From the NCBI GenBank assembly GCA_973895155.1, contig OZ316892.1, forward strand, positions 28,296,307 to 28,360,306: a stretch of DNA of 64,000 bases, read 5' to 3'. The DNA comes from Marsupella aquatica. Lineage: Eukaryota > Plantae > Marchantiophyta. Below, in pieces: positions 37,901 to 48,882 of the stretch. The notes below the pieces were generated by a model. The model was not told the origin of the DNA. It did no database searches and saw only the letters and a list, made by a program, of their open reading frames with translations. The translations under genes and the position numbers were made by a program. Numbering within the stretch: position 1 is the first letter of the stretch; every line of letters begins with the position of its first letter.

Positions 37901-39274
37901 CGGATCGACTTCCACTGTCCAACATCTACTCAACATTCGCTTTCCTCCACGAATCATCAATCGACCTCCAAACTCAAAACTCCAACTCAAAACCTGTCAC
38001 CAATCACAGATCTGTACATCGATCGGGAAGCAGGCCGATCGGACAACAACGATACAGGTCAAGATACCAACAATCTGTTCGATAACAACACACGATCCGA
38101 GCTACCACGAACCGTCGACAACTCAATCAATCGAACTTCTGTCCGCACAGTTCGTACAACAGATTTCGAATGTGATCTTTCAATGTAATCTCCATACAAT
38201 CGGCACAACGATCTCGGTCAACAATACCCCATCGATCCCGCACCGATCCGATCACACACGTGTGTCAAGCCAACGCACCTTGCACTACTCAAGGAATCCA
38301 CGTTACACAAGCGGAGCTCACAGCCACCATAGCCACACTCAAGCTCCTCTCTCTCCAAGGCTCAACATTGAAAGATGACCTTTCAATGCCTCACAAGTGA
38401 GAAGTACCCTCTCACACAAACCTGACAGAACCTTATCGGCTCCAATAGCACTCATACCAAACGTACATACTCTAATAGCACGATATACTACTACACTACT
38501 CAGAATGGTGTGACATTGGCCGTGGCACCTGATGGGGAATGTTGCCCTTAGAAGCTGTAGCGCTACCAGAAGCCAGATGAGTAACCAGATGCATTGGTCT
38601 CCGAAGACTAAATACATGAACTTCATGATTAGTAAGGAGAATGTTAGGAGCATCCAGGATCATAAGCTTAGGAGTCACTTCAGGGACAAGCAGTACAGGA
38701 ATACGCCTGCCAGAATTTTTGTTGGTCCCACCTTCCGGTGGTGGTATCGGGCTCCCTGGCCTGATTAGCTGGGTGTCTTGGTGTGTGTTCTGGGGTGTTG
38801 GGCCCTTTTTGTCTTTCCCTTGCTCGGGTGGTTTTTGCCCCCTTGCCTGTTATTGATGGGCTCCTGCGCCCCCCTCCCCCCCCCCCCCAAAAAAAAAAGG
38901 ATATTCTTGCAATGTTTCAAAAAATTTATTAAACTGATCCTAATGTTCTTACAAGATTCCAAATTGGATTTAAAAGACCCTAAAGTTCTTCCACATAAAT
39001 TTCAAAGTATTCCCTTCAAACCAATAAAACTACCCTATTTGCCGATACTATGGAAGTGAAACTCTTGAGCCTCCTGGCCAGATCAACCACCAGGTGATAA
39101 GTAAAACAGGGTCCTTGTGGCCATCACTCCTATCTCTACACAACTAGTAGTGCTCAACCTATCCTGTCAATCCAAAAGAAATACTCTTTTGATTCTCATG
39201 CTACATCACTTGGTTATTGTTTTTACAGTCACTCATATAGTTGTTTTTCTTTGCCTTGCCTAAAATAATAAAAC

Positions 39275-39448
39275 ACCAAGGTCTTTTAAATTCAATTTTG
39301 AGACTTATAAGAACATTAGGGTCCTTTAATCAAATTTTTGGAATATTTCAATTTTTATTTTTTTTAATATCACATTTTAGGAGGTTTGAGGCCTAAAAAC
39401 ATCATAGATGATAGGGAAGTCTCCATCTCCACATAGTGAGCCCCCAAG
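39275..39448. mobile_element. Partial copy of the same MITE family
   Basis: ggtcttttaaattcaattttgagacttataagaacatt...atagtgagcccccaag matches the 3' two-thirds of 5400-5695. Confidence 0.75.
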
Positions 39449-40477
39449 AATGTGTAATGCATGTCACATTAGGACCTTCCATTAGTTACATAATTGATGC
39501 AGATTTCCACATGTGGAGTATAATGTCACATGCTTTTAGTCAATCCAATGGTGACCAAAAAAAAACCTTCAGCAAATAGCCAGGATTTCTTCCTGCCAAG
39601 ATGACAATTTGCAAACAAACATGGAGAGGTGTTTTGGACCACTTGAATCTTGCTATAAAAGCGCCAACTAAAGCCTAAGGGCCTAGGTCTAGAGTGAAGC
39701 CTCTAGACCGTAGCTCCCAAGAATGAGATTCAAAGGCCAAATTTTTTAATGAGATGGACAAAAGTGACAATGACAATTAACGGTAAATCTAAAATGAGAA
39801 TGCACAAAAAACAAGAATGGGGCAAAGACTATCCATCCACATAGCCTATAAATTTTATTGTGAAAGATTTTTCTTCACATCTATTTAAGTTGGAACGGGT
39901 TTGGGCTAGTGGTGACCAAGCTGGCAAATGGCAAGGATTCCAAATCATATAGTTTACACTAGAGGTTACAATTGTGAAAAATTAAAGTGTTCATATACAT
40001 ATTAACACTTAAGAGAGTGACATGTAGCACATAAGTGTGCAATAACACCCTTGCATAAAATAAGAAATAATAACCGGCAGTGGAAACTATATACCCTTTG
40101 TCATATTATAAGCAAAAATTCATCCTTTTATTATGGCCTTCATGCAAAGTATGTGTTTGTAATAATTAGTTGAACACAATTTAAAATACCCTTTATTTGT
40201 TCACACGTAGTTGGAAGAATCCAACGAGTGATTTCCCAAGGGAAGTACCACGTGCGATCCTAGCCTAGGATCATTAATACACCTATTTTATGAAAGAAAA
40301 CATTCCAAAAATATTCTCTATTTCAATATTAATGACCTATTATATTTTTTGAGATATAGATTAGAAAACATTCTATAAATATGAGTTTATAATACCTTTT
40401 TTGTCTCTTATCTTTTATAAAAAATTTGCTAATTTATGTCTCAATTACCTATTTTGGATCGCAGGAGACAGTTTAGG

Positions 40478-41212
40478 CTAGTTTAGTCTAAGACACTTAT
40501 TTTCAATAGTTTTTTCAGAACATTTGATTGACACGCTCCTACAAGTTCCACGTGACATCCATAATATGGAAACTAAGGATGACGTATGCCTACAGTAGAT
40601 CTAAACTTACTTATATACAATCTCTGTAGAGCAAAGTCTTGTCCACAGTCATCTCTATTAAGAAACTCATTGCAAAAGTTGACTTACAATGGAATGCACG
40701 TCTTGTCCTAGTAAAGTTTCTCTATACATTTTGCAATTATGCCTAGGACTTTTGCAGCTGCATGTGTCGTATTATGTCAGTAAGACTTGTGTGACCTCAT
40801 CATTGTTAAAACTGTTGAAAGGGGTGGTTTCGCAAACACAAGGAGAAGTCATTATAGAAGCATGGATGAATGAAGCCTCTATCCAACATTCCCCCTTTCT
40901 CAGGGGTTTCACTTCCACGACAATGGCACATCACATGCAACAAATGATAGGATTGTTTTATTGGTTTTAAGCGAAGACTTTAAAATTGTTTGCACAAGAA
41001 CAATAAGGTCTTTAAATTCAATTTTGAGACTTATAAGAACATTAAGGTCTTTTAACCAGAATTTTAGAATATTCCAAGAATATTCTAACTTTATAGGGTT
41101 TAAAAATTAACAAAATATTACATTTCAGGGGGTTCGAGACCTAAAAATATCGCAGGTGATGGGAAGGTCTCCATATAGTGAGACCCTCGAGCCCCCCTTG
41201 TGTCTTTTTTTC
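40478..41212 (-). pseudogene. Relic of the SET gene last exon (copy B), interrupted by a MITE
   Basis: 40478-40898 aligns to ~13490-13895 (ctaaga(t/c)acttattttcaatagtt, gcatggatgaa). Confidence 0.85.
40899..41191. mobile_element. MITE copy with 8-bp TSD
   Basis: TIRs CTCAGGGGTTTCACT and AGTGAGACCCTCGAG; flanks CCCCCTTT and CCCCCCTT (7/8). Confidence 0.85.
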
Positions 41213-41259
41213 ATGTATCACTCTTCTTAAATCAATAAACATCCTAAAAATTAAATCAA

Positions 41260-41489
41260 TAAAGTATTTTAGATAAAAATTTTAACCCCTAATTAACTTA
41301 AAGGACTATTCTTGGAATATTTTCTTATTTTTTTGTAAAAAACCCTATGATTTTTATAATTCTCAAAATTGGATTAAAACAACCCTAATGTTCTTCAATA
41401 AAAATTTAACAATTTTCACTAAATCCAATAAAAAACCCTATACTTATTTGCGCATGATGGGTTGGAAGAAAAGAAGTGAGGACCCTGAG
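41260..41489. mobile_element. Diverged MITE copy, reverse orientation
   Basis: tctcaaaattggattaaaacaaccctaatgttcttc...gaagtgaggaccctgag. Confidence 0.6.
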
Positions 41490-42269
41490 ATCTTAATATC
41501 GTTGTACTTAATAGGCAATATTTGATAGTGGACCCCTCCAAGAAGCAAAGGCAGTCTATAGGGTCAAGTTAAATTATGACTAATTTGACGGGTAGACTAG
41601 AGTGGTTAAACATACTTCCCAAAACCTTAATTTAAGGTAGGGAAATGGGACATATTCCTCATTATTTTACTATATTTACAACAAACTACCATAAGTGCCC
41701 CACTTCAATTGTGTGTCAACACCTGAAGGTACATGAACTTGTTGCATCAACGGTTGGGCTGGTTTTGAGTTGTATGTATAATTCAAGAAGCTAACTATGA
41801 GTTTCCTTAATATAAATGATAGGGGTGGATATAACATTCCCCTAAGAGCATCTCCATAAATGCACTATTTGCAATCCAATACCCAGATAAAGAGTGAGGT
41901 GTACATCGTAGAGTTGTATCAGTGGCAACAGGATATCCTCACCTGAAACAGTATTGGGGAAGATTGCCTGTAGGCCAAGATAATGTTGCAAAGCTCAATG
42001 AATGTATCAATGACCATCAATGTGTCTAATATTTGTGAGTCGTTATTGTCTGTAAGATATATAAAGTGAATATGAGCAAGCAACGCTAGCTAGCTGGAGC
42101 TCAAACTCATCGGATGTGGCAAGCATGAGCCCACATTTGGTGGCTTGGGAAGCAATTTTTAATATTTCTACAGGCCAGTGGGGATACCAATGAATATCCT
42201 TTTAGCAAGCACTTCTTGCTAAAAGCATCTCTACCAGGCATTCCCTACGACGGGTGGCCTAAACTTCAA

Positions 42270-43840
42270 CTCAACTAAATTTCAGCCAATAATGCTCTAC
42301 AATAGCCTCTTCCAAGTTTAGCTTATTAAAGTTCAGTCTGGGGTTCAGCTGATAATGCTCTAGCATACCTTCTACCGTTTAGCTGACTAAATTTTAGCCA
42401 CTAATGCTCTAGGACACCCTTTATTAGCTTTAGGTAACTAAAGTTTGGCCAATAATGCTCTAATTTAGCCTCTGCTAAGTTTAGCTGGCTAGGATTGAGT
42501 CAGATAACAAAGACACAAAACAAGGGTAAAGAACTAGGAAACATCACTGACACACAAACTTAGTCACAAAGAGAGAGACAATGAAGGTGTCTCTGAAAGT
42601 GTCTCAGGACAAGCATTCCACCCAACAGGTGGGAATGTTCTAAAAACCAGGCTTGTGACCAAACATAAGTGGTCACAATAGACTGAACAATATGGTTTTG
42701 ACAATGCAATATACAATACCATTCAAATACATTTTGTGCCCATTTCCTAATAGAAGAATGACAATACTTTTTAGGGGTGGCCACTTTTACTCAACTAAAA
42801 AGTTTAGCCAATATTGCTCTAGAATGGCCTCTACTAAGGCTTCTTAAACCTCCCCAACCAGGCCTTTTTCTAGCAACCAAAATTGTGAGGAAGGGCCAAG
42901 AGAGAGAATGACACGGGTGGGTCAAGTGACCGTTCCCGCAAAACCCAAGTGAGAGCAGACCGGGGTCCAGTGTAGGTTCACTCCCGGATCAACCTTAACT
43001 TTAATACTAAGTTTAGTTAACTAAACTTGAGCCAATCCCAGAGAGTCATGGTTGTTTGGTACACTAACTTGTGTTAGACTCATAGGTCTAGTGTATAAAT
43101 GTTATTACTGACTGCTCCCTTTCAGATTTCCCCATTTTGAATAATTTAATTTAATTTAATTTAATTTAATTTAATTTAATTTAATTTAACTTAATTTAAT
43201 TTAATTTAATTTAATTTTAAAAAAAAGTTGAGCCAACAATGCTCTAGTAGTGTAGCCTCTACTAAGTTTAGCTGGCTAGGGTTGAGCTTCAACAACACAT
43301 AAAACTGGGGCAAACATAACATCACCGACACAGAGAGAGAGAAAAATAGAGAGAGACTGGAAACACACTATTTGGCTTGTCGGTCAGAAGCTATGGAGTC
43401 TTCTTCCACAAAGTAATGTTAACACACTTCCACTTCTTCTATTCCTCTCCTCTCCTCCATGGAAACATCCATGGCCGGAGCTGGAATCCAAATAGCGATT
43501 TCCCCATTTTAAATTAATTAAATTTAAGTTGAGCCAACAATGCTCTAGTATAGCCTCTACTAAGTTTAGCTGGCTAGGGTTGAGCTTCAACAACACATGA
43601 AACTGGGGCAAACGAAACATCACCGACACAGAGAGAGAGACAGAAAACACGGCATTTGGCTTGTCGGTCGGCTTTGGAAGCTATGGAGTCTTTTTCCATA
43701 GAGTGAAGTTGGCTTTGGAAGCTATGGAGTCTTCTTCCATACAGTAAAGTTACACACCTCCACTTCTTCTATTCCCTCTCTTCTCCTCTCCTCTCCTCTC
43801 CTTCATGGAAACATCCATGGACGGAGCACGAATCCAAATC
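42270..43840. repeat. Repeat cluster upstream of the IST1-like gene: recurring gccaa(t/c)aatgctcta...gcctctactaagtttagctggctagg motif, (TTTAA)n at 43143-43220, and a ~280-bp direct repeat (43227-43500 vs 43528-43840)
   Basis: Repeats seen directly. Confidence 0.8.
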
Positions 43841-44520
43841 GCTTCACGGTCACGAACCGTGTGACCGGCCTGACCCACCTCCACCCCATCCTCTCGCTCT
43901 GTCCCTCTCTCTGCAAGGCACGCTACCCTGCTCTACACTGTTTGTCTCCATCGCATCCCTCAGATCGCATCACAATTCGCGCCTGCAAGCAAGCTAGGAA
44001 GCACGAGCTATTACTAACACCCGGCTTTCAATCCTCATCGTTGAGTTTCTCTCCAGGAGGGCGCGTGTTGCGGTCCGGGTTGGCAATTGTTCTACAAAAC
44101 GGAGACGGGACGAATCTTTCGGTCGATTGAATCGGACGGGAAGGATTTCGAAGGATTGGGGGCTTGATGTGCGCTTCTTTCCTCGTGGTTGTATGGTTGT
44201 GAGTTCCGGAATTTCACCGGAGGAGATTGATCGGAGTGGAGTGAAGTGAAGTGGAGTCGGGTGGAGACTACTGAAGGAGAGGGCGGAGTAGGTAAACACC
44301 CCAAGAGCTGTGCGGACGGAACAGGTGATTTGATCGAACATCAAACTGTACATTGGAGCGGATTGGAGTGCATTGGCAGAGAGTGGGAATCTGGATCTAG
44401 AGGGCTTTGGTAGTTTGGAACAAAGGGAGGAGACGAGGGAACAGATCTGAGCAGGCATAGAAGTTTGGTGGCGGGCGGTCGAAGAAGCTAGCAAGCAAGG
44501 TGGCTGGCTACGGTGGGGCC

Positions 44521-47500
44521 ATGAGCTCCATGTTTGGAGGTGGATTCAAGGCGACGAAATGGTATGTAGGGTGCCAAAGGAGTTAGATCTTTGTGTGAAG
44601 TTGGTGGATTGCCCGATCCTGAGTGAGCAGTTGACTTAGGGCTTGGGTCTGATTTAATTGTCTGATGTATGAGGTGTTCAGAGTGAAAGAGTTGATGCCC
44701 TTCTGGAGCAATCTTGCTCACTGTGCGTTTGGGATTCTGGTTCACGTGATTTTGAAGGCTTGTGTCGCTAGTTTGGTGGTCTACTAATTCCTCTGCTCGT
44801 AATCCGAAATTTGCATCTTTTTAAAAATCTTCTGATGCTTTATCCGCATGTCCACGGATTGACAGTTTGATTTTTGAATTGGCTCAATTGTCAGTGGAGA
44901 TTATCAACTTTAGTCCTGTCAATTTTGGGCTTTGCCAGCAACATCCTGTACTGAATTTCGTGTTGGGAGAATATGACTGGAGCATGGGCCTGATTGAGAA
45001 TGAACTAGGGGTATGTTCAGGAAACGTAGAAAGAATTGCATATCGGTAACCGATTGTGGCGAGTCCTAATTCTGGATTTAATGTTGAGCAGCAAGACCCT
45101 TCTGAGATTGGCGATGGCCCGCATCAAGTTGTTAAGAAACAAGCGGGACATGCAGATCAAGCAAATGAGGAAGGACATTGCACAGCTCCTATCGACTGGT
45201 CAGGAACCCAGCGCCCGGATCCGGGTATGGCTCTCTCCTAACGACCACTATTTCTCAAACGTCTCTGATTTGTTGATAATCAAACATTTGGGAATTATCT
45301 CAGAAGTTTGTTGAAAATGCTTAGAATTGTGTCACTTGCGTAGACTGTTTTTTCGGTTGTTGTGTATGACAGCAGCAGTCTGCTCGACGATGCTCTTCTG
45401 TTTGTTTTTGAATTTAGTCAAAAGAATTCCTTCTCGAGCAATTACTCAATCAATAGTGGATGATCAGATGTGTGGGCTTGGATTTCTCCCTTGGGCTCCT
45501 CGGCATGCTTACTAGATATTAATTTTCTGGAATTTGACACAGGTGGAGCACATTGCAAGGGAGCAAAATATCATGGCTGCGTACGATATTCTGGAGTTGT
45601 TTTGTGAACTTATCATAGTTCGACTTCCCATTATAGAGTCACAGAAGTAAGGAGATTACGCTTCCTGAGATCCTATTTACTTTGGAATCTGAAAATTTGG
45701 TTGAATAACTCGTAAAGCTGCTAGGAATTCATGATGTGTACCATTCGCGAAGGGAAGTTGCAAGTTCACGGAAGAGATTGACTTTTGCCGTGACAGCCGC
45801 ACGTCCAATTCACTTTGCAATGACCTACTCTGGCCTGATCCGGTTTATGGTTGTATTTCTTACAGAGCTTGTCCAATGGACTTGAAGGAAGCAATCTGCA
45901 GTGTAATATTTGCATCCCCAAGATGTGCGGACTTACCAGAGTTGCTGCAAATTAGGGGTCTATTTACAAGCAAGTATGGAAAGGAGTTTGTTGCAGCTGC
46001 AGCGGAGTTACGCCCTGAATGTGGGGTCAATCGACGGGTATGCTAGATGTTCAGCATCATTTGTGAAAAACTCGTAATTCATTTTCATCTGTTGTAAGTG
46101 GCGTCATGAAAACGTACATAGTTTACCGTATCCGCTAGTCATATCTTTATTTGCTTGGTTTCTTTAATTCTTGAAGAAAGGGTTCTAGGTCGTCGTCTGT
46201 CTCAATTATTTCCCCATGTTCCATAGAGTTGAAGACTAGCTATCTGGATTAAGGATACCATAGAATTAGAATCTTAAGCTCCAGAAGCAGGTCGATAATG
46301 TTTTTAACGTGATAGTTGAATGACAGTGTAAAGATGAAGGCATTATAACTTACTTCCATTGCATGAAAATCAGTATGAGTACATAACGAGAGTTTTCAGT
46401 AGTTCATTTGAAGTGAAGTCGAGGATTATATTTGCAGTAGACTCCTCCTACCTAAGCCTATATTGTTTGTGTTTTGTTGTACTTCAGATCATTGAGAAAT
46501 TGTCCGTTCGAGCACCATCAGGACAGATGAAGTTGAAGCTTTTGACGGAGATAGCTGCTGAGCATAACGTTAGCTGGGATCCAGCCGACTCAGAAGCAGA
46601 GCTTATGAAACAGCCTGAAGACTTGCTGGTAAGTTCATTGTTGTGCTTAATGCTCGTATTGTACCTTCCCAACTTCATCTGTAGAAGCACTCGAGTTTGC
46701 CATCCACGTATTATCTGGAATGATCTTTAGCGCCATAAGACCAGTGTAGGTCTCTCATGCCATGGGAGAAATTCAATGAAAAGCGCTACTTGTCCTTTAT
46801 GGCTTGGATCAGTTTTTGTTATATTGCAAGGAAAGATGTCATTCTTAAGTTCTTTTTATGTGGCAACAGGATGGACATAAGAAGTTTTTTGGTGCCAGTG
46901 AGGGATCCGTTCGAGAACCCTCACCCACAAATCAAGAGCAAAGAGCCCCCAGTGTCCCTACAGCTCCGGCTCCGGCTCGTCCTGCAGCTAATCGGGAACC
47001 TAGTCCAATAACTATGAATCCACTGCCGGTATATTCATCAGAGTCTGAGGAAGACGACACCCATCCTGGAGAGAAGAGGCAATTTATACCATTCGTTGGT
47101 CCAGTGCCTCCAAAAGGAGTACCAGCTGGAAAAGGCATCAATACAAGTACGAAAGGGAGCAGCTCAACTCGATCTAGTACCAAAGGAGATCCTCGAACAC
47201 CAACAAGGAAGGAAGGACCTGTGGATTATGAACAACATGGAAATTATGACAATGTAGCAGCAGCAGCAAAAGCAGCCGCTGAATCTGCCGACCGGGCGGT
47301 GGCAGCAGCTCGTGCAGCCGCAGAGCTCGCAAAGACCCATCCATCAAAACGGGAACCTACACCAAGAAGTGCAAGTAAAGTTGTGGAGTCGTCATCTTCC
47401 GAAGAAGAAAGTGAGGAAGAGGAAGAGGAAGACATCGTGGAAAGTAAAAGTTCCTCCGGGACGAGAAATGATGCGATTCGGCCAGGAACGAATATCAGTT

Positions 47501-48882
47501 CCGCCAAAGCAAACGACTCGGAGAGCTATCAGGAGAAGCCTAATGTATCGTTCAGGAGTAATTTTGATGAGTCTTTAAGAAGGAGTAATTCGGAGGATTA
47601 CGATGAAGGAAGTTATGGTAGGAAAAAAGATGTGGAACCCAACACTTTTCCTAGAACTAGTTTCACAGATGAAAGGCCAGAGAAAGATCTCAACGCTGGG
47701 AGGAAATTTGACTCAGAGCAGGATTCTTTCTGGAGGAGTGGAGACCAAGATTGGAGTCAAGCTGCAAAGTTTGCACCAGAGACAAAGTTCGATTCGGGAG
47801 GATTTTACCCTGATGAGCCGGAAAGTCTTTACGGGAGGGATTCAGACTTATTCAAGGTTGGTCACTCAGATGGCCTGTACTCCAGCAGACCTCAAGACAA
47901 AGAGTCAAAAACCAGCACTTCAAAGCTCTTCAGTAGCAGTGACCCCTCTAGGAATCTATTTACGAGGAGCTCTTCAGAGGAGAAGGATTTAAGGAGCTCG
48001 GATGAAACTCCTTTCTACGACAGCAAACCAGGATTTGCAACTCCAAAATTTGATGACGAAGCGGAAGAGATTCCTTACAGGAAACCCGCTAGTCTGAATG
48101 CAGATCTGTCTTTCAAGAGGGATTTTGACGATCAAAGATCAAACTTTGACAGCCCAAAAGCAAAGCCCTCTTTCAAGGAGTTTTGGCAGAGCTCAAGTTT
48201 CTCATATGCCGGGGAAGACGCGCAAACACCGAAAATATACGGTGGCGATTCTCATCCTGAAAAGCAGCACTCTGATTCGTACAGGGCTGATACTCAAGTG
48301 AGTGACTCACAAAGTCTTCCCCGAAGTGGTAGTGATCCTGTGTCAACCAAGTCATTCTACCAAGGAGACGAATCCGAGTCTCTAAAGCAAGAGAGCCCAA
48401 GTGGGTCGTCTCCAGCTTCTAAGAGCAGAAGAACTCGGAAGCCTGCGAAGGGCTTGGAGGGTGCGGGCGGGAGTGGAGGTCTTCCTCCTTCAGGAAGACC
48501 ATCAAAATTCCCCAGTAGTGAGAATGTCGAGTCACCTCGTTCTTCTGAGTTCCGTAGTTCTTTTGAACCTGACAATCTATCAGCTCATTCATTTGACGAT
48601 TCTCCCAACTTTCCTCCTAAAACCAGCTCATTATTTTACAAGTCCACAACAGCATCTGCACCACCTGCGAGGTCTCCCCCATCATTTTCATCTGCTTATG
48701 AATCTCCTGATACTTTTCGTGAGTCATCACCACCTGTACGAACTGGTTCCACGTCTTCTAGATCGTCACCCAGCCTGGAGCGCAGAGATTCACCTTCTGC
48801 TCCGGCTATTCATCCGAAGCTACCTGATTATGATGATTTGACAGCTCGGTTTGAGGCTCTGAAAGGGAAGGCGAAGCGGTAG
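44521..48882 (+). CDS. IST1-like protein (regulator of Vps4 activity in the MVB pathway); 6 exons, 867 aa
   Basis: Exons 44521-44561, 45092-45224, 45543-45646, 45866-46037, 46488-46628 and 46870-48882 join in frame (GT-AG). Ist1 domain FKATKCKTLLRLAMARIKLLRNKR...ARIRVEH...ELFCEL...EAICSVIFASPRCADLPEL, then a long Ser/acidic linker and C-terminal HPKLPDYDDLTARFEALK (MIM-like). Confidence 0.93.

Larger units (their letters stand above)
30112..38515 (-). mobile_element. Ty3/Gypsy-type retroelement encoding a C5-cytosine methyltransferase and a PHD finger; no duplicated LTR seen
   Basis: Ends TGTCG (30112) and TGACA (38511-38515). TSD TTGG at 30108-30111 and 38516-38519. Domain order Gag-PR-DNMT-RT-RH-INT-PHD. 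Confidence 0.9.
23672..38898 (+). mobile_element. Near full-length L1-clade LINE retrotransposon (degenerate), 3' UTR interrupted by the Gypsy-type element
   Basis: ORF1 plus ORF2, 3' UTR resuming at 38516, C-run then A10 tail at ~38889-38898. Approximate 16-bp TSD GAATATTCTTGGAATG (23656-23671) and GGATATTCTTGCAATG (38899-38914). Confidence 0.88.
23551..39069. mobile_element. MITE copy split by a 15.2-kb LINE insertion (halves 23551-23671 and 38899-39069)
   Basis: Termini CTTGGGGGTCTCACT and AGTGAAACTCTTGAG. TSD CCTCCTGG at 23543-23550 and 39070-39077. The halves together match 5400-5695 in reverse orientation. Confidence 0.88.

Noticed and set aside
37317-38378. 353-aa + strand ORF as a real antisense gene
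   Set aside because: It is built from tandem repeats and terminal sequence, and I recognise no domain
46932-48841. Alternative-frame and antisense ORFs over the last IST1-like exon
   Set aside because: Shadow ORFs of a long low-complexity coding exon
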